In this document: one piece after another, positions 21,521-32,274 of the stretch
Layout: the number at the start of each line of letters is the position of its first letter
How positions within the stretch are numbered: position 1 is the stretch's first letter
IMG/VR virus record: IMGVR_UViG_3300036715_000569
Coordinates: 1 to 61,085 of that record
Reading direction: 5' to 3' (one strand)
From: a virus
Lineage: Duplodnaviria > Caudoviricetes
DNA: 61,085 nucleotides
Position numbers and translations under genes: made by a program
The notes under the pieces: model-generated
Database searches by the model: none
What the model saw: the letters and a program-made list of their open reading frames with translations, nothing else
Told to the model about the DNA's origin: nothing

Positions 21521-23866
21521 ATGGATTTTGATTTTACAACAGAGACGATAACCCCGGATAGTACCTCGATATTGACAATCGGCGGTAACGGGGCGCTGGA
21601 ACTGCCGGTAGGTACTACTGGTCAACAACCTGGTTCAGCAATTGCAGGTGCGATGCGATTTAATACTAATGGAGGTATAGGTAATGGATATGTAGAATAC
21701 TACGATCAGTCACCTGGGTGGAAACAATTTCCGACAGTTGTATCATCTGTAGCATCATTCCAAACAAGTTTATCTGGACTAACACCGTCAACTGCAACAA
21801 CTGGTGCAGTTACATTAGCAGGTACATTAGGTTTTGCAAGTGGCGGTACTGGTTTGACATCAACACCAGCTAACGGACAAATTGATATCGGTAATGGTGC
21901 AGGATTTACACGAACAACATTAACAGCAGGAACAGCAATTAGTGTTGTAAATGCATCTGGCGCTATTACAATCAATAACACTGGTGTTACATCGAATGTC
22001 GCAGGAACAGGCATTTCTGTATCTGGAGCAACTGGTGCAGTTACTATCACTAACACTGGTGTTACATCAGCAATCGGTACAGCAGGTAATATTACAGTTT
22101 CGGCAGCAACAGGTGCAGTGACATTTAACTTAGGTGCAGTAACACAGAGTACTGGTTCGAATCTTGTTAAAATAACACTTGATTCTTTTGGTCGTGTTGT
22201 AGGTAATACAGCCGTATCACAAAGTGATTTAACAACAATTTTAGGAACTGCATATCTTTCTACAACAGGCGGAACAATGTCTGGTGCTATTAATATGGGA
22301 ACTAATCAGATTAATAACTTAGGAATGTCTGTAACTCCGGTAGGAACAGATGCAGTCAATGTAAACTATGTACAAGCTCAATTGTCGGGTTTATCATGGA
22401 AACAAGCAGTTAAAGCAACAACAACCGGTATTCTTACAGCTACATATGCAAATGGTGTGAGTGGTGTTGGTGCAACATTAACAGCAACAACGAACGTAGT
22501 TCTTCCAGCAATTGATACTATTTCACTTGTTGCATCTGATCGTGTTCTTGTTAAAAACCAAGGTAATACATATGAAAACGGTATTTATGTAGTCACAAGT
22601 TTAGGTTCTGCTGGTGTTTCACCGTGGGTATTAACTCGTGCAACTGATTCCGATACAGCAGCGGAAGTAGACGGTTCAGCAGTGTATGTTCAACAAGGTG
22701 CAACATTAACAGATACAGGTTGGACAGAGACAGCAACAATGACTGCTATCGGTGCAGGTAACCCGATTATATGGGCACAGTTTTCTGGTTCTGGTGCATA
22801 TGCAGCAGGAACAGGTTTATTATTGACAGGTAATACTTTTTCTAACACCGGTGTTCTTTCATTCCAAACAAGTTTATCTGGTTTGACTCCTAGCACATCG
22901 ACTACTGGTGCAGTTACATTAGCAGGTACATTAGGTTTTGCAAGTGGCGGTACTGGTTTGACATCAACACCAGCTAACGGTCAACTTAATATCGGTAACG
23001 GTGCAGGATTTACACGAGCAACATTAACAGCAGGAACAGCAATTAGTGTTGTAAATACATCTGGTGCTATTACTATTAATAACACAGGTGTTACTTCGTT
23101 CCAAACAAGTTTGTCTGGTTTAACACCGAGCACGTCAACTACCGGTGCAGTAACATTAGCAGGAACATTGGGTGTTGCAAACGGCGGCACAGCATTAACA
23201 GCTACACCAACTAACGGACAATTATTGATAGGTAACGGTACTAATTATTCATTAGCTACACTTGCAATTAGTGGTACAAGCCTTTATGTTGCAAACGGTG
23301 CTGGTACAATTACTTTATCTGGTCCAAAATATTGGTCAGAAACATCTACGGCACCGACTGTAGCACCATCGGCGGTAGGTACAGCATCTATCGCTACAGG
23401 CACAGCTTCATTAACACGAGTATATGGTCAGGTAGCAAATGCTTCAGGTAATTTTGCAGCAGCAGGCGATGCACAAAACAGCACATACATGTTACGTGCA
23501 GCAACACCGGCTACAACTGGTACAGTCGTTGCATTCTTAGATGGTTCAGTAGCAAGATTAGTTCTACCAATTAACTCTGCATTTATGTTTGATGCTGATA
23601 TTGTATGTCGTTCGACAACTGGTGTAAGTGTATACGGTGCATGGAACATCAAAGGACTAATTACTCGAGAAGCAGCGGCAGCAGTGGCAATCCAAGGGTC
23701 GACTGCAACTACTCGTATTGCTAGTGTTGGCTCAGGGCTTAACACAAACTCGGTAACTGCAACAGCAGATAGTGCTAATAGTGCATTACAATTTAATGTG
23801 ATCGGTACAACAGCAGCAACACTCCGTTGGGTAATTACTGTAAGAACTACAGAAGTGACTAATTAA
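21521..23866 (+). CDS. Tail-fibre-like protein with internal repeats
   Basis: Three SFQTSLSGLTPST..TGAVTLAGTLG repeats; RVLVKNQ module; C-terminus WVITVRTTEVTN. Confidence 0.75.
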   Translation: MDFDFTTETITPDSTSILTIGGNGALELPVGTTGQQPGSAIAGAMRFNTNGGIGNGYVEYYDQSPGWKQFPTVVSSVASFQTSLSGLTPSTATTGAVTLAGTLGFASGGTGLTSTPANGQIDIGNGAGFTRTTLTAGTAISVVNASGAITINNTGVTSNVAGTGISVSGATGAVTITNTGVTSAIGTAGNITVSAATGAVTFNLGAVTQSTGSNLVKITLDSFGRVVGNTAVSQSDLTTILGTAYLSTTGGTMSGAINMGTNQINNLGMSVTPVGTDAVNVNYVQAQLSGLSWKQAVKATTTGILTATYANGVSGVGATLTATTNVVLPAIDTISLVASDRVLVKNQGNTYENGIYVVTSLGSAGVSPWVLTRATDSDTAAEVDGSAVYVQQGATLTDTGWTETATMTAIGAGNPIIWAQFSGSGAYAAGTGLLLTGNTFSNTGVLSFQTSLSGLTPSTSTTGAVTLAGTLGFASGGTGLTSTPANGQLNIGNGAGFTRATLTAGTAISVVNTSGAITINNTGVTSFQTSLSGLTPSTSTTGAVTLAGTLGVANGGTALTATPTNGQLLIGNGTNYSLATLAISGTSLYVANGAGTITLSGPKYWSETSTAPTVAPSAVGTASIATGTASLTRVYGQVANASGNFAAAGDAQNSTYMLRAATPATTGTVVAFLDGSVARLVLPINSAFMFDADIVCRSTTGVSVYGAWNIKGLITREAAAAVAIQGSTATTRIASVGSGLNTNSVTATADSANSALQFNVIGTTAATLRWVITVRTTEVTN

Positions 23867-23902
23867 TAATAGATAAATACGATTATTAACACATAAAGGG
23901 TC

Positions 23903-25285
23903 TTGATGGATTTAGATTTCACACTTGAAAGAATAACACCCGACTTGTCCGATGTATTAAATATCGGCGGGACGGGTGGTCTCTGCATAACATTAGGTAC
24001 TACACTCCAACGACCCTCGTCTCCAATTAACGGAACTTTTAGATATAATACTGACACTGCATTATTTGAAGGATATCAAAACAACACCTGGACAAATTTT
24101 GCCCTGGGTACTGTTACTTCTGTTGGGTTAGCTTTACCGTCGATATTTACAGTATCCAACTCGCCAATAACTTCGTCGGGTACATTAACCGGTACATTAA
24201 CAACGCAGGCGAATAATACAATATTTTCTGGTCCCGTAACAGGTGGCCCATTAGCACCAACATTTCGAACTATTTCTTTATTACAACATGATATTTCAGA
24301 CGTAGTTATTACTAGTCCGACTGCCAACCAAGTTCTTGCATTTAATTTAGGAACTAGTAAGTGGATTAATACAGGTACAGTAGGTGCTAACGCAACAGGT
24401 ACTATAGGTGTATCACCGACCGGCGGCGGCACAGCATGGACATTGATTTCTGGAACATCGTATCGTGCAGATTTTGTCCATAACTTAGGCACAACAAACG
24501 TTGTTATTACGGTATATGATACTAATAATAGTGCAATCGTTATTCCGAATCTAGTTGTAACGACTGATGCAAATACAGTTAGGGTCACAGTAACAGGAAA
24601 TACAAAAACACTTAAAGTTGTAGTTGTTGCAAATGGTCAGTCTATTGTTGCAGGTGGATCTACACCGACTTCAGTTATTACAGCACAAGATGGTGTAACC
24701 GTATCGACAGCAGCAACAAAATTAAATTTCACTGGACAAGCAGTTAAGGTAACTGACGCAGGTTCAGGTACAACTAATATTGCAGTAGGCTCGCGTTTTA
24801 CTTTTTTTGCAAATTCGTTAGATACTCCGAATAATGCAGATTTTGCAATTAATGCACTTGCTCCTGTTACAACTGATCCAACTTACGCATCATTAAATAT
24901 TAGGTCCTTTAGTAATACAGTTGAACAAGGCGTAGCATGTTTAATCTCGATCCCAACTGGTGCGACACAATTAATTGTAAAGATAAGAGGAAGAGCACAA
25001 ACTGCACCGGGTGCAGCTTCAGTAGTCCAACCTAGGTTATACTATAGATTATTACCTAATAATTCGGCTGTCGGTGCTTGGTCTGTAGCACAAGAATTAG
25101 CAAATATTGCTATTCCTACTAATGCAAACTTCCAATATTCTACACAGACTATTACATTAGCAACACTAGGATTAACAGCTGGAAATTTATACCAATTTGA
25201 ATTCACTCGTAGGATTGCGGGTGTTACAGGAACTAATTTAGCAGCAAATTTCTTAATGGCTGAAATTACTTTAGAGTTAGCATAA
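23903..25285 (+). CDS. Virion structural protein
   Basis: MDLDF N-terminus, GTTLQRP..GTFRYN, HNLGT motif. Confidence 0.65.
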   Translation: MMDLDFTLERITPDLSDVLNIGGTGGLCITLGTTLQRPSSPINGTFRYNTDTALFEGYQNNTWTNFALGTVTSVGLALPSIFTVSNSPITSSGTLTGTLTTQANNTIFSGPVTGGPLAPTFRTISLLQHDISDVVITSPTANQVLAFNLGTSKWINTGTVGANATGTIGVSPTGGGTAWTLISGTSYRADFVHNLGTTNVVITVYDTNNSAIVIPNLVVTTDANTVRVTVTGNTKTLKVVVVANGQSIVAGGSTPTSVITAQDGVTVSTAATKLNFTGQAVKVTDAGSGTTNIAVGSRFTFFANSLDTPNNADFAINALAPVTTDPTYASLNIRSFSNTVEQGVACLISIPTGATQLIVKIRGRAQTAPGAASVVQPRLYYRLLPNNSAVGAWSVAQELANIAIPTNANFQYSTQTITLATLGLTAGNLYQFEFTRRIAGVTGTNLAANFLMAEITLELA

Positions 25286-26004
25286 TGGCAATTTTAATGA
25301 ATGCATCTGACAAACATATTTATAGTGTAAGTTCCAATTTCCGTAGATCTACAGACCCTTACACAATCACCGTATGGATTAATGCAGTCTGGGATGGTGG
25401 TATACCTCTGAGTTTTGTTGGTATGTATGATGGCGGAGTTACTACGCCTACTCCAACAACTGGGTTGCAAATTGGTACTAGTGCTGGCAATGGCAAAGTA
25501 TCGACATGGACTTATGGTGGCACAATATTAGTAGAAAGTGCTACAGCAGTAATGATACCATATAACAACACATGGCAAATGATTACATATACATTCGATG
25601 GAACAACTCATCGATTATATAGAAACGACATTCTGCTAAATACAGCAGTGGGTAATACAGTTGCAGGAACATTTACTCAGGTCTATATTAACGGATATCC
25701 ACCCACTGGTTCTGCCGCAGAAACAGCAGCATACTCAGTGGATTCTTATACATATTTTGGTAGAACACTTTCTGGAACAGAAATACAAACAATATATAAT
25801 GCTGGTGGTGCAAGACATGGTATAACATATCAACAACTTGCAAGATATGAATTTGATGAATTAGCACAAGGTGCAACAACTTCATCAATTATCGACATGT
25901 CGGGTAATAATAATACATTAAGTAGTACAGGTGCTAGTGCGACACCGATAACATATACATATACGAATTCGTATGCAAATTCTAATTTAAGGCCGGTACA
26001 ATAA
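25285..26004 (+). CDS. LamG/concanavalin A-like lectin domain protein
   Basis: YTITVWI, WQMITYTFDGTTHRLYRN, IIDMSGNNN. Confidence 0.7.
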   Translation: MAILMNASDKHIYSVSSNFRRSTDPYTITVWINAVWDGGIPLSFVGMYDGGVTTPTPTTGLQIGTSAGNGKVSTWTYGGTILVESATAVMIPYNNTWQMITYTFDGTTHRLYRNDILLNTAVGNTVAGTFTQVYINGYPPTGSAAETAAYSVDSYTYFGRTLSGTEIQTIYNAGGARHGITYQQLARYEFDELAQGATTSSIIDMSGNNNTLSSTGASATPITYTYTNSYANSNLRPVQ

Positions 26005-26005
26005 T

Positions 26006-26752
26006 ATGACAGACGTTTTAGGAACATTATCTTTCTTAGATACACCCGATGTTAATGGTGTACTGGTTCTGACAGCAACATCCGGTGTGAATTCCGTGTT
26101 AGGCGTTGTTGGACAAACAGTGGTAACTGGTTCGTTACCAACATTTACAATTGGTTTGGTAAATGATGTAATATTGCCCGGAACAGGAGCAGTTACTATA
26201 CCGGCAGGAACAACCGCTCAACGACCGGCTATACCGACTGTCGGTATGTATCGACGTAATTCTACTTTAGGATATGATGAACTATATAACGGTGTAATAT
26301 GGCAACCATTAGGTAGAGTATTACAAATGGTGTCAGGTACTATTACTGCATCTTCGGGCACAACAACTGTACCTTTAGATAATACAATACCACTAAACAC
26401 CGAAGGTAATCAAATCTGGACAACATCTTTTACGCCTATTTCGGCAGCATCGAGAATTGTAATTAGTTTTACTATCACACACGCTTCGTCAATTGTTAGT
26501 GCAACAAACATTATGTCAGTATTCGCCGGTACAACAAATATTGGCGCAACAATGTGTAAAACATCAGCAACAGCGAATACAGCATCTAATATGGCATTAT
26601 CACTTACATATGCACCGGGCTCACTTACTACAATTACATTCTCTGCTAGATTAGGTGGATCTGCCGCTGCAACAACATACTGCAACCTAATATCCACTGC
26701 TACACTAGGTGGTGCAGCAGTGACTGAATATACAATTACGGAGATTCTATAA
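26006..26752 (+). CDS. Virion structural protein
   Basis: PAGTTAQRP..GMYRRN motif; GRVLQMVS beta-rich domain. Confidence 0.6.
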   Translation: MTDVLGTLSFLDTPDVNGVLVLTATSGVNSVLGVVGQTVVTGSLPTFTIGLVNDVILPGTGAVTIPAGTTAQRPAIPTVGMYRRNSTLGYDELYNGVIWQPLGRVLQMVSGTITASSGTTTVPLDNTIPLNTEGNQIWTTSFTPISAASRIVISFTITHASSIVSATNIMSVFAGTTNIGATMCKTSATANTASNMALSLTYAPGSLTTITFSARLGGSAAATTYCNLISTATLGGAAVTEYTITEIL

Positions 26753-27258
26753 TGTTAACAACAATGTCTTATATGGATGCAATTTCAACCGGTTTTCCGG
26801 GTGTAGGGTGTAGCGCAATAGGCGACAACACTGTATATGAAAATATTATGTGGGATAGCGGTGATGCTCTTCCGACCAAAGACGATTTAGATATATGGAT
26901 ATCAAATTATATAAGAAGTCAGCTACTGACTGCAATTTTAGCTGAACGTGATAGGCGTCGAAATGGTGGAGTAAAAGTCGGTACAAATTGGTTTCACTCA
27001 GACGATCCATCTAGAATTCAACAATTAGGGTTAGTAATGTTTGGAGCAAATATGCCAGCAAATATTATGTGGAAAACTATGTCTGGATCATTTGTTTTAA
27101 TGACCCCTACATTAGCTTTACAAATATTCCAAGCATCGGCAGGCAGTGATATGACAATTTTTGGAGTAGCAGAACAAAAAAAGGCAGCATTATTGGCGAG
27201 CAGTTCGCCAGATACGTTTGATTACTTAACAGGTTGGCCATTAATTTACGGAGAATAA
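26752..27258 (+). CDS. Tail fibre assembly-associated protein (DUF4376-like)
   Basis: AERDRRRNGGVKVGTNWFHSD..WKTMSGSFV. Confidence 0.65.
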   Translation: MLTTMSYMDAISTGFPGVGCSAIGDNTVYENIMWDSGDALPTKDDLDIWISNYIRSQLLTAILAERDRRRNGGVKVGTNWFHSDDPSRIQQLGLVMFGANMPANIMWKTMSGSFVLMTPTLALQIFQASAGSDMTIFGVAEQKKAALLASSSPDTFDYLTGWPLIYGE

Positions 27259-27259
27259 T

Positions 27260-27892
27260 ATGAATATCTTTAAGAAGGCATGTGGGACAATTGCAGATTT
27301 TGTAGTCATTAATATCGGCAAAATACACTGGGGATACAAAAATGGATTAACAGAACACGAGTTATCTGATATTCGTGCATTACTTGTTCCTAATTACTAT
27401 ATTATCCTTACGCATCGAAATAATCATTTATCTACTTTTTTTGTCGGCTTTGCAAACTGGGTATTAACTCGTAAATGGAGTTATTGGGCACACGCCTTAA
27501 TGAATTTAGAAAATACAGTTGTAACCGATGAAGATTTTAGATTAATAGAGGCTACTGGTGCCGGTACACATTATTCACCATTTAATTTAGTATTTCAGGT
27601 ACACGGTGTTGTATTGTTAAAACCAAAGAATATGTCTGCAGAATATTGGACGACGATTATGGAAAAAGCTCAGACAGAACTGGGTAAACCATACGACTCA
27701 TTATTCGACCTTAAAAATGACAATGCGTTAAGTTGTGTAGAACTTGTTCGCACTGCATTAATGGCTGAACCGGACTATGCAACAAATTTTGCAAATTTTG
27801 AAAAGATGATTAGTGAACGTAAAAATTTAACACCACAGATGTTTTATGATAATCCGGATTTCGAAATTGTTTATGAAACTAGACACAAATAG
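27260..27892 (+). CDS. Permuted papain-like amidase (YiiX/YebB-like NlpC/P60)
   Basis: WAHA, LIEA, LGKPYD..F, LSCVELV, LTP motifs. Confidence 0.7.
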   Translation: MNIFKKACGTIADFVVINIGKIHWGYKNGLTEHELSDIRALLVPNYYIILTHRNNHLSTFFVGFANWVLTRKWSYWAHALMNLENTVVTDEDFRLIEATGAGTHYSPFNLVFQVHGVVLLKPKNMSAEYWTTIMEKAQTELGKPYDSLFDLKNDNALSCVELVRTALMAEPDYATNFANFEKMISERKNLTPQMFYDNPDFEIVYETRHK

Positions 27893-28334
27893 GATGCTGA
27901 CTTAAGATAAGTTTTATGCGATCTTCTGCTTTTTGATTGCAGAAACTTATCTTAGCACCCTGATGAAACGGCTTAGGCCATTGCCCTACATCGATCCAGC
28001 AATATCCACAGTTTTCGTTATTTAATTCTGGAATAAATTCATCTTCGACGATACAGACAAACGAATAATATTTAAAGTGTTTGTCTTTACTCTGATATAC
28101 ATCAAACGGATAGATTTTTTCAATATCAGGAATAAAATTCATTTCTTCAGATAATTCTCGAAGAAGCGATTCCTTAGGTTGCTCCCCTTCCTCCATCATA
28201 CCGCCAAATAATGCCCACGTTAAAGCATGAGTCTTATGAGGCGCACGAAGGCTGAGTAATACTCTTTTAGTTTTAGTTGCAACTATAAGAGTGCCTACAC
28301 CTATTTTATTTAAAATTTGATTGACATTGTCCAT
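27879..28334 (-). CDS. NUDIX hydrolase
   Basis: Nudix box GGMMEEGEQPKESLLRELSEE. Confidence 0.85.
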   Translation of the reverse strand: MDNVNQILNKIGVGTLIVATKTKRVLLSLRAPHKTHALTWALFGGMMEEGEQPKESLLRELSEEMNFIPDIEKIYPFDVYQSKDKHFKYYSFVCIVEDEFIPELNNENCGYCWIDVGQWPKPFHQGAKISFCNQKAEDRIKLILSQHPICV

Positions 28335-28359
28335 ATAACTATTTATAATAAATACTAAT

Positions 28360-29042
28360 ATGAACTATTTAAAACATTACAATAAATTAATTGATCGAGC
28401 TAAATGTAGGCACCTAGCAGGATATTCTGAAAAACATCATATAATACCACGATGCATGGGTGGTTCGGATGAGTCTGATAATTTAGTTAAGTTAACACCC
28501 GAAGAACATTTTGTTGCACATCAATTATTAGTTAAGATTTATCCAACAAATACGAAACTTATTCTTGCCGTTAGAATGATGTGTATTACCTCTACTAACT
28601 TAATTCGCAATAATAAGCAATATAGTTGGTTAAAAGAAAGATTTATACAATCTAAAATTGGAATACCTAGATCCGAAGAAACAAAGCTAAAACTCAGCGA
28701 AAATGCTAAAAGAGCCGGCAGAAAACCTCCAAGCAGAAAAGGTGCTACTATGTCAGCAGAATCAAGAATAAAGATAGGCAATGCACTCCGTAAAGAGAGT
28801 CCAGTAAAGGTAATATCTGCACCAGTGAGCAGGAAGCATTCGGAAGAAACAAAAGTAAAAATACGAGAAAACCATAAAGGAATGCTCGTAGAACACACTC
28901 AGACGAAACTAAGATTAAAATATCTGTTACAAAAAATAATCTTCCTAGTTATGTTTGTCCACACTGTGGCACGGAAAGTAAATCGGGAGTTATATTTCGT
29001 TGGCACTTTGATAATTGCAAATTTATTCATAGTTCGATATAG
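28360..29042 (+). pseudogene. HNH/NUMOD3 homing endonuclease with frameshift near 28888
   Basis: EKHHIIPRCMGG..NLVKLTPEEHFVAH; SEETK repeats; motif-bearing C-terminus (RTHSDETK..CPHCG..RWHFDNCK) lies in another frame ending 29042. Confidence 0.7.
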
Positions 29043-30471
29043 TTGTACCATTCGGCGCCGATATAATATTGTCAATTCTCCAATAACCACCGGAATAAAT
29101 TCCTAAATATGTATACGCCCACTCATTAGTATTTGAATCGTATGCATACTGTGCCCCATTAGAATTACTGGTTACGTAATTCTTACCTATAGAATTACGT
29201 GAGTCAAAAATAACCACCCACTGTCCACCATTATATTCAATTATGTCATTTGGGTATGCAATAATATTTTGACCCCATGGGCTTGTTGGAACATTTGGTG
29301 GTATTGCAGGTTCTTCGCCTCTACTATTATGTGACGTTAGTAAATATCGTTGTCCTGCCAAAGCAGGCGGTAATCCGTTACCCGGAGTAATTTCGATTGG
29401 GTCGATAATCGACTGTATAGGCGAAATTGTATTAGGGGGTAAAGTGTCTAAGTCAGGAGTAAATAAGAGTACGTTTTGACGAATAGGATCGTGTGTAATT
29501 CCACCGATTATGTCAGAATCCCCGATGTCTAGGTTAGGGTCTAATTTTAGCCGAATATTGGTGATATTAGGGGTGATCTGCCCATAGATTTCAAACAAGT
29601 GTAACCAGCTTAATAGTGGATCTGCCAGCCCAAATTCATTCAATAAAGTAATCTCGTCACCCGTAATAGTATGTGCAACAGATATTTTATAATTACCTTC
29701 CGTTGTTACAATTTGTACAGGATAAGCTGACAACGAAGTAAATGGGTCATATACTCCGTCAATTTTTGCAGCAATATCAGCAACATCGGCAACATCGAAT
29801 ACTCGTGTAACAATTTCTGCAATCATACCACTTCGTTTAAGTTTAGCAGGTGGATTAATCCATCCTTCTATCTTAAATTTATAGCTCATTACATCACGGT
29901 CGTCCGCACCACCTTGTGGTATTGATCGATTCGTCCATGTAACATCTTCCATCCACACTTCGAAAATACTTGTCCAATCTAGTGTATTACTATTTTGCTG
30001 TAACTGAATTGATTTGTTAAAAATAACTGCTATTTGTTCGAATATCTGCAACTTTGTTTGGATATTAGGTGTCCATACATCTAATTTAAATATAAAGTCA
30101 TACGGAACAGGCATGTATCTATCAATGTCTTGTCTGATACCCGGACCACTACCATATACTTTTGTTAATGGGTCGAATTCTCTTTCCATAACAGTGGCTT
30201 TACCGACAAACTGGGAATCTTGTCTACGCTTATCATTCATCTTTATACTATCTATGTAAGCACTAAACATAGGTGACGGTAACATAGTATTTTCACTAGC
30301 ACCTTTTATCAACTGTGCAACCATAGATGATGGGTCGCCGTATAAAATAGGCACCCGCTGAATTGTGTATAAGCCATTTGCATCTGGTCCATTTCTAATT
30401 TTTATGTCGGAAAATATCCGCATAAATTGGAGTAGATATCGGCGTGTCTGGTTGTCGTAGAAGAAATCCAT
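29023..30471 (-). CDS. Tail sheath stabiliser / tail terminator (T4 gp15-like)
   Basis: FFYDNQTRRYLLQF, RVPILYG, MPVPYD, KLQIFEQI, WINPP. Confidence 0.8.
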   Translation of the reverse strand: MDFFYDNQTRRYLLQFMRIFSDIKIRNGPDANGLYTIQRVPILYGDPSSMVAQLIKGASENTMLPSPMFSAYIDSIKMNDKRRQDSQFVGKATVMEREFDPLTKVYGSGPGIRQDIDRYMPVPYDFIFKLDVWTPNIQTKLQIFEQIAVIFNKSIQLQQNSNTLDWTSIFEVWMEDVTWTNRSIPQGGADDRDVMSYKFKIEGWINPPAKLKRSGMIAEIVTRVFDVADVADIAAKIDGVYDPFTSLSAYPVQIVTTEGNYKISVAHTITGDEITLLNEFGLADPLLSWLHLFEIYGQITPNITNIRLKLDPNLDIGDSDIIGGITHDPIRQNVLLFTPDLDTLPPNTISPIQSIIDPIEITPGNGLPPALAGQRYLLTSHNSRGEEPAIPPNVPTSPWGQNIIAYPNDIIEYNGGQWVVIFDSRNSIGKNYVTSNSNGAQYAYDSNTNEWAYTYLGIYSGGYWRIDNIISAPNGTTISNYE

Positions 30472-30479
30472 TAGTTTCC

Positions 30480-30944
30480 TTAAATATAGTTTGTATAAAA
30501 GTTCCATCCTAGAAACTTTAGATGGAGTGCTGTTAAAAATTCGGTCTTTTCTGATTGATCATTAAAAATAAGCGTATCTACGGACGAGTCTTCTGTCGAT
30601 ATATTATTTGGTGGAAAAATTGCAGACTGTCCATTCGACTTCACAAATGTAATTTGATTTTGTAAACTGTCAAATTTCACATCTTCTTGAGTGGTTCTGA
30701 TTGCCATAGCAAAACTTGCTGGCGATCCTAACAATGATAAAGGTGCATAACTTTGACCTTTTACTAATTGATTAGTTGATACGCAGTGTTGTCTTTCCAA
30801 TTCTATGAATTTTATATAATCGACTTTATCGTTAGATGACGCCTCTGATAACGGAATATTTAGGTCTTCTATTAGTTTTCGATAATCACAGAGCAGTAAT
30901 TCCAAAACATCGATTGATTGATTATTAAATTCATGTAATTGCAT
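30480..30944 (-). CDS. Hypothetical protein (MQLHEF N-terminus)
   Basis: ORF between neck and gp15-like genes. Confidence 0.6.
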   Translation of the reverse strand: MQLHEFNNQSIDVLELLLCDYRKLIEDLNIPLSEASSNDKVDYIKFIELERQHCVSTNQLVKGQSYAPLSLLGSPASFAMAIRTTQEDVKFDSLQNQITFVKSNGQSAIFPPNNISTEDSSVDTLIFNDQSEKTEFLTALHLKFLGWNFYTNYI

Positions 30945-32165
30945 TTAATTCCCTTTCTTTGCAGCTCTATCGTCTGCAATTTTACTGCGAATAGCTTCAG
31001 TTTTTGTTACTGCTACTTTACGATCAGCATATAAATCTACTTTTTGTTTTACAATTTCACTAACAGCTTGTTTTTCTGGCACAACAGTACCATTAGCTAA
31101 TATAGTATCATTATTGTTATCAATGAATGTGTCGAGGACACGGTTATAGGCAGTCCAGTGTTTCAATATGTCTTGTTCTATCAATTTAAATACATTACCT
31201 TGTTTTTGGAACAATCTTTCGGGATAATAATCTATGCGTAAATAATATTGTCCATCTGTCATACCCGGTGGAAAAGTTATACCTGCACCAACAAGTGGTT
31301 GCCCATTCGGTGGTTCACCGTCTCCACTAAAATAATAAGGCACTAGTGTAGGATAATTTGTATTTGGGTCTATATTGATATATAAATTTGCACTTTCGAA
31401 AAATTTCGGATCAAAGAATGCATTCTGTGCAGCTTCCGCAATAATTGCATCACTGATGCCGATAATTTTGCAAAATAAGTTTAATGTATTAGTAATATTA
31501 TGATTCTCCCCTGTACCCGGATTGCCATCAGCATCAGCAGTATTAGTAAATCCTTCCGGCATAATACCGATACCTTGACCTACTCCGCCATCCGTCTGCC
31601 CTGTTGCTGCCTGATCAATTATTTCTTGATATTCTACTGAAGCAACCATCAGTTTAGCTCTTATCAACCAAATATGAGGAAACCACTTAGGCCCATATCC
31701 ACCTGCCGCATATAATGCATCCTGAACAACATAATATCGGTTAATACCGACAGCATTATCGAAGATAGGGACATCTCTCATACTAGGAAACTCTAAAACA
31801 TCACCTGCAATAAGTTTTCTACCTAATGCATCAATCATATCAGTGTAATGAAACTGTATACGGATCGTATCCGATGAAAGGAAAATACCAAACTGAGACA
31901 AATCATAATTTACGTCTTGTGGCTGGTGGTGTCCACGCATTTCGATCACATCTGGATTGTATTTTCTATTATTATTTGTTTGAAATAATACATCTTGTAT
32001 AGTAGTTAGTGAAGTATCGGTGCTACCGGCAGCATCTGTTGTTGGCCCTATATATTCGTGTACCAATATACCATCGCCAGCCATACGGAAGTTTTCACCT
32101 ACAGCTCTATCTATGAAGTTAAAATCATTGCCCTTAGTGGGTGACCACAGTGAAATTCTTGCCAT
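30945..32165 (-). CDS. Neck / head-tail adaptor protein (T4 gp14-like)
   Basis: IQDVLF..NRKY, DLSQFGIFL, GRKLIAGDVLE. Confidence 0.75.
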   Translation of the reverse strand: MARISLWSPTKGNDFNFIDRAVGENFRMAGDGILVHEYIGPTTDAAGSTDTSLTTIQDVLFQTNNNRKYNPDVIEMRGHHQPQDVNYDLSQFGIFLSSDTIRIQFHYTDMIDALGRKLIAGDVLEFPSMRDVPIFDNAVGINRYYVVQDALYAAGGYGPKWFPHIWLIRAKLMVASVEYQEIIDQAATGQTDGGVGQGIGIMPEGFTNTADADGNPGTGENHNITNTLNLFCKIIGISDAIIAEAAQNAFFDPKFFESANLYINIDPNTNYPTLVPYYFSGDGEPPNGQPLVGAGITFPPGMTDGQYYLRIDYYPERLFQKQGNVFKLIEQDILKHWTAYNRVLDTFIDNNNDTILANGTVVPEKQAVSEIVKQKVDLYADRKVAVTKTEAIRSKIADDRAAKKGN

Positions 32166-32274
32166 ACATATTCTCCGTTTCTATTATTTATCAATACATC
32201 ACTTCAATGATAAATAGTTCAGCACTAGACTGGTAATTTTTACCAGACAGGATAACACCTGAACAGGAGAGCTT

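Noticed and set aside
20485-23190. Diversity-generating retroelement TR/VR pair
   Set aside because: No reverse transcriptase in the window; repeats are in-frame coding duplications without evident adenine-specific differences.
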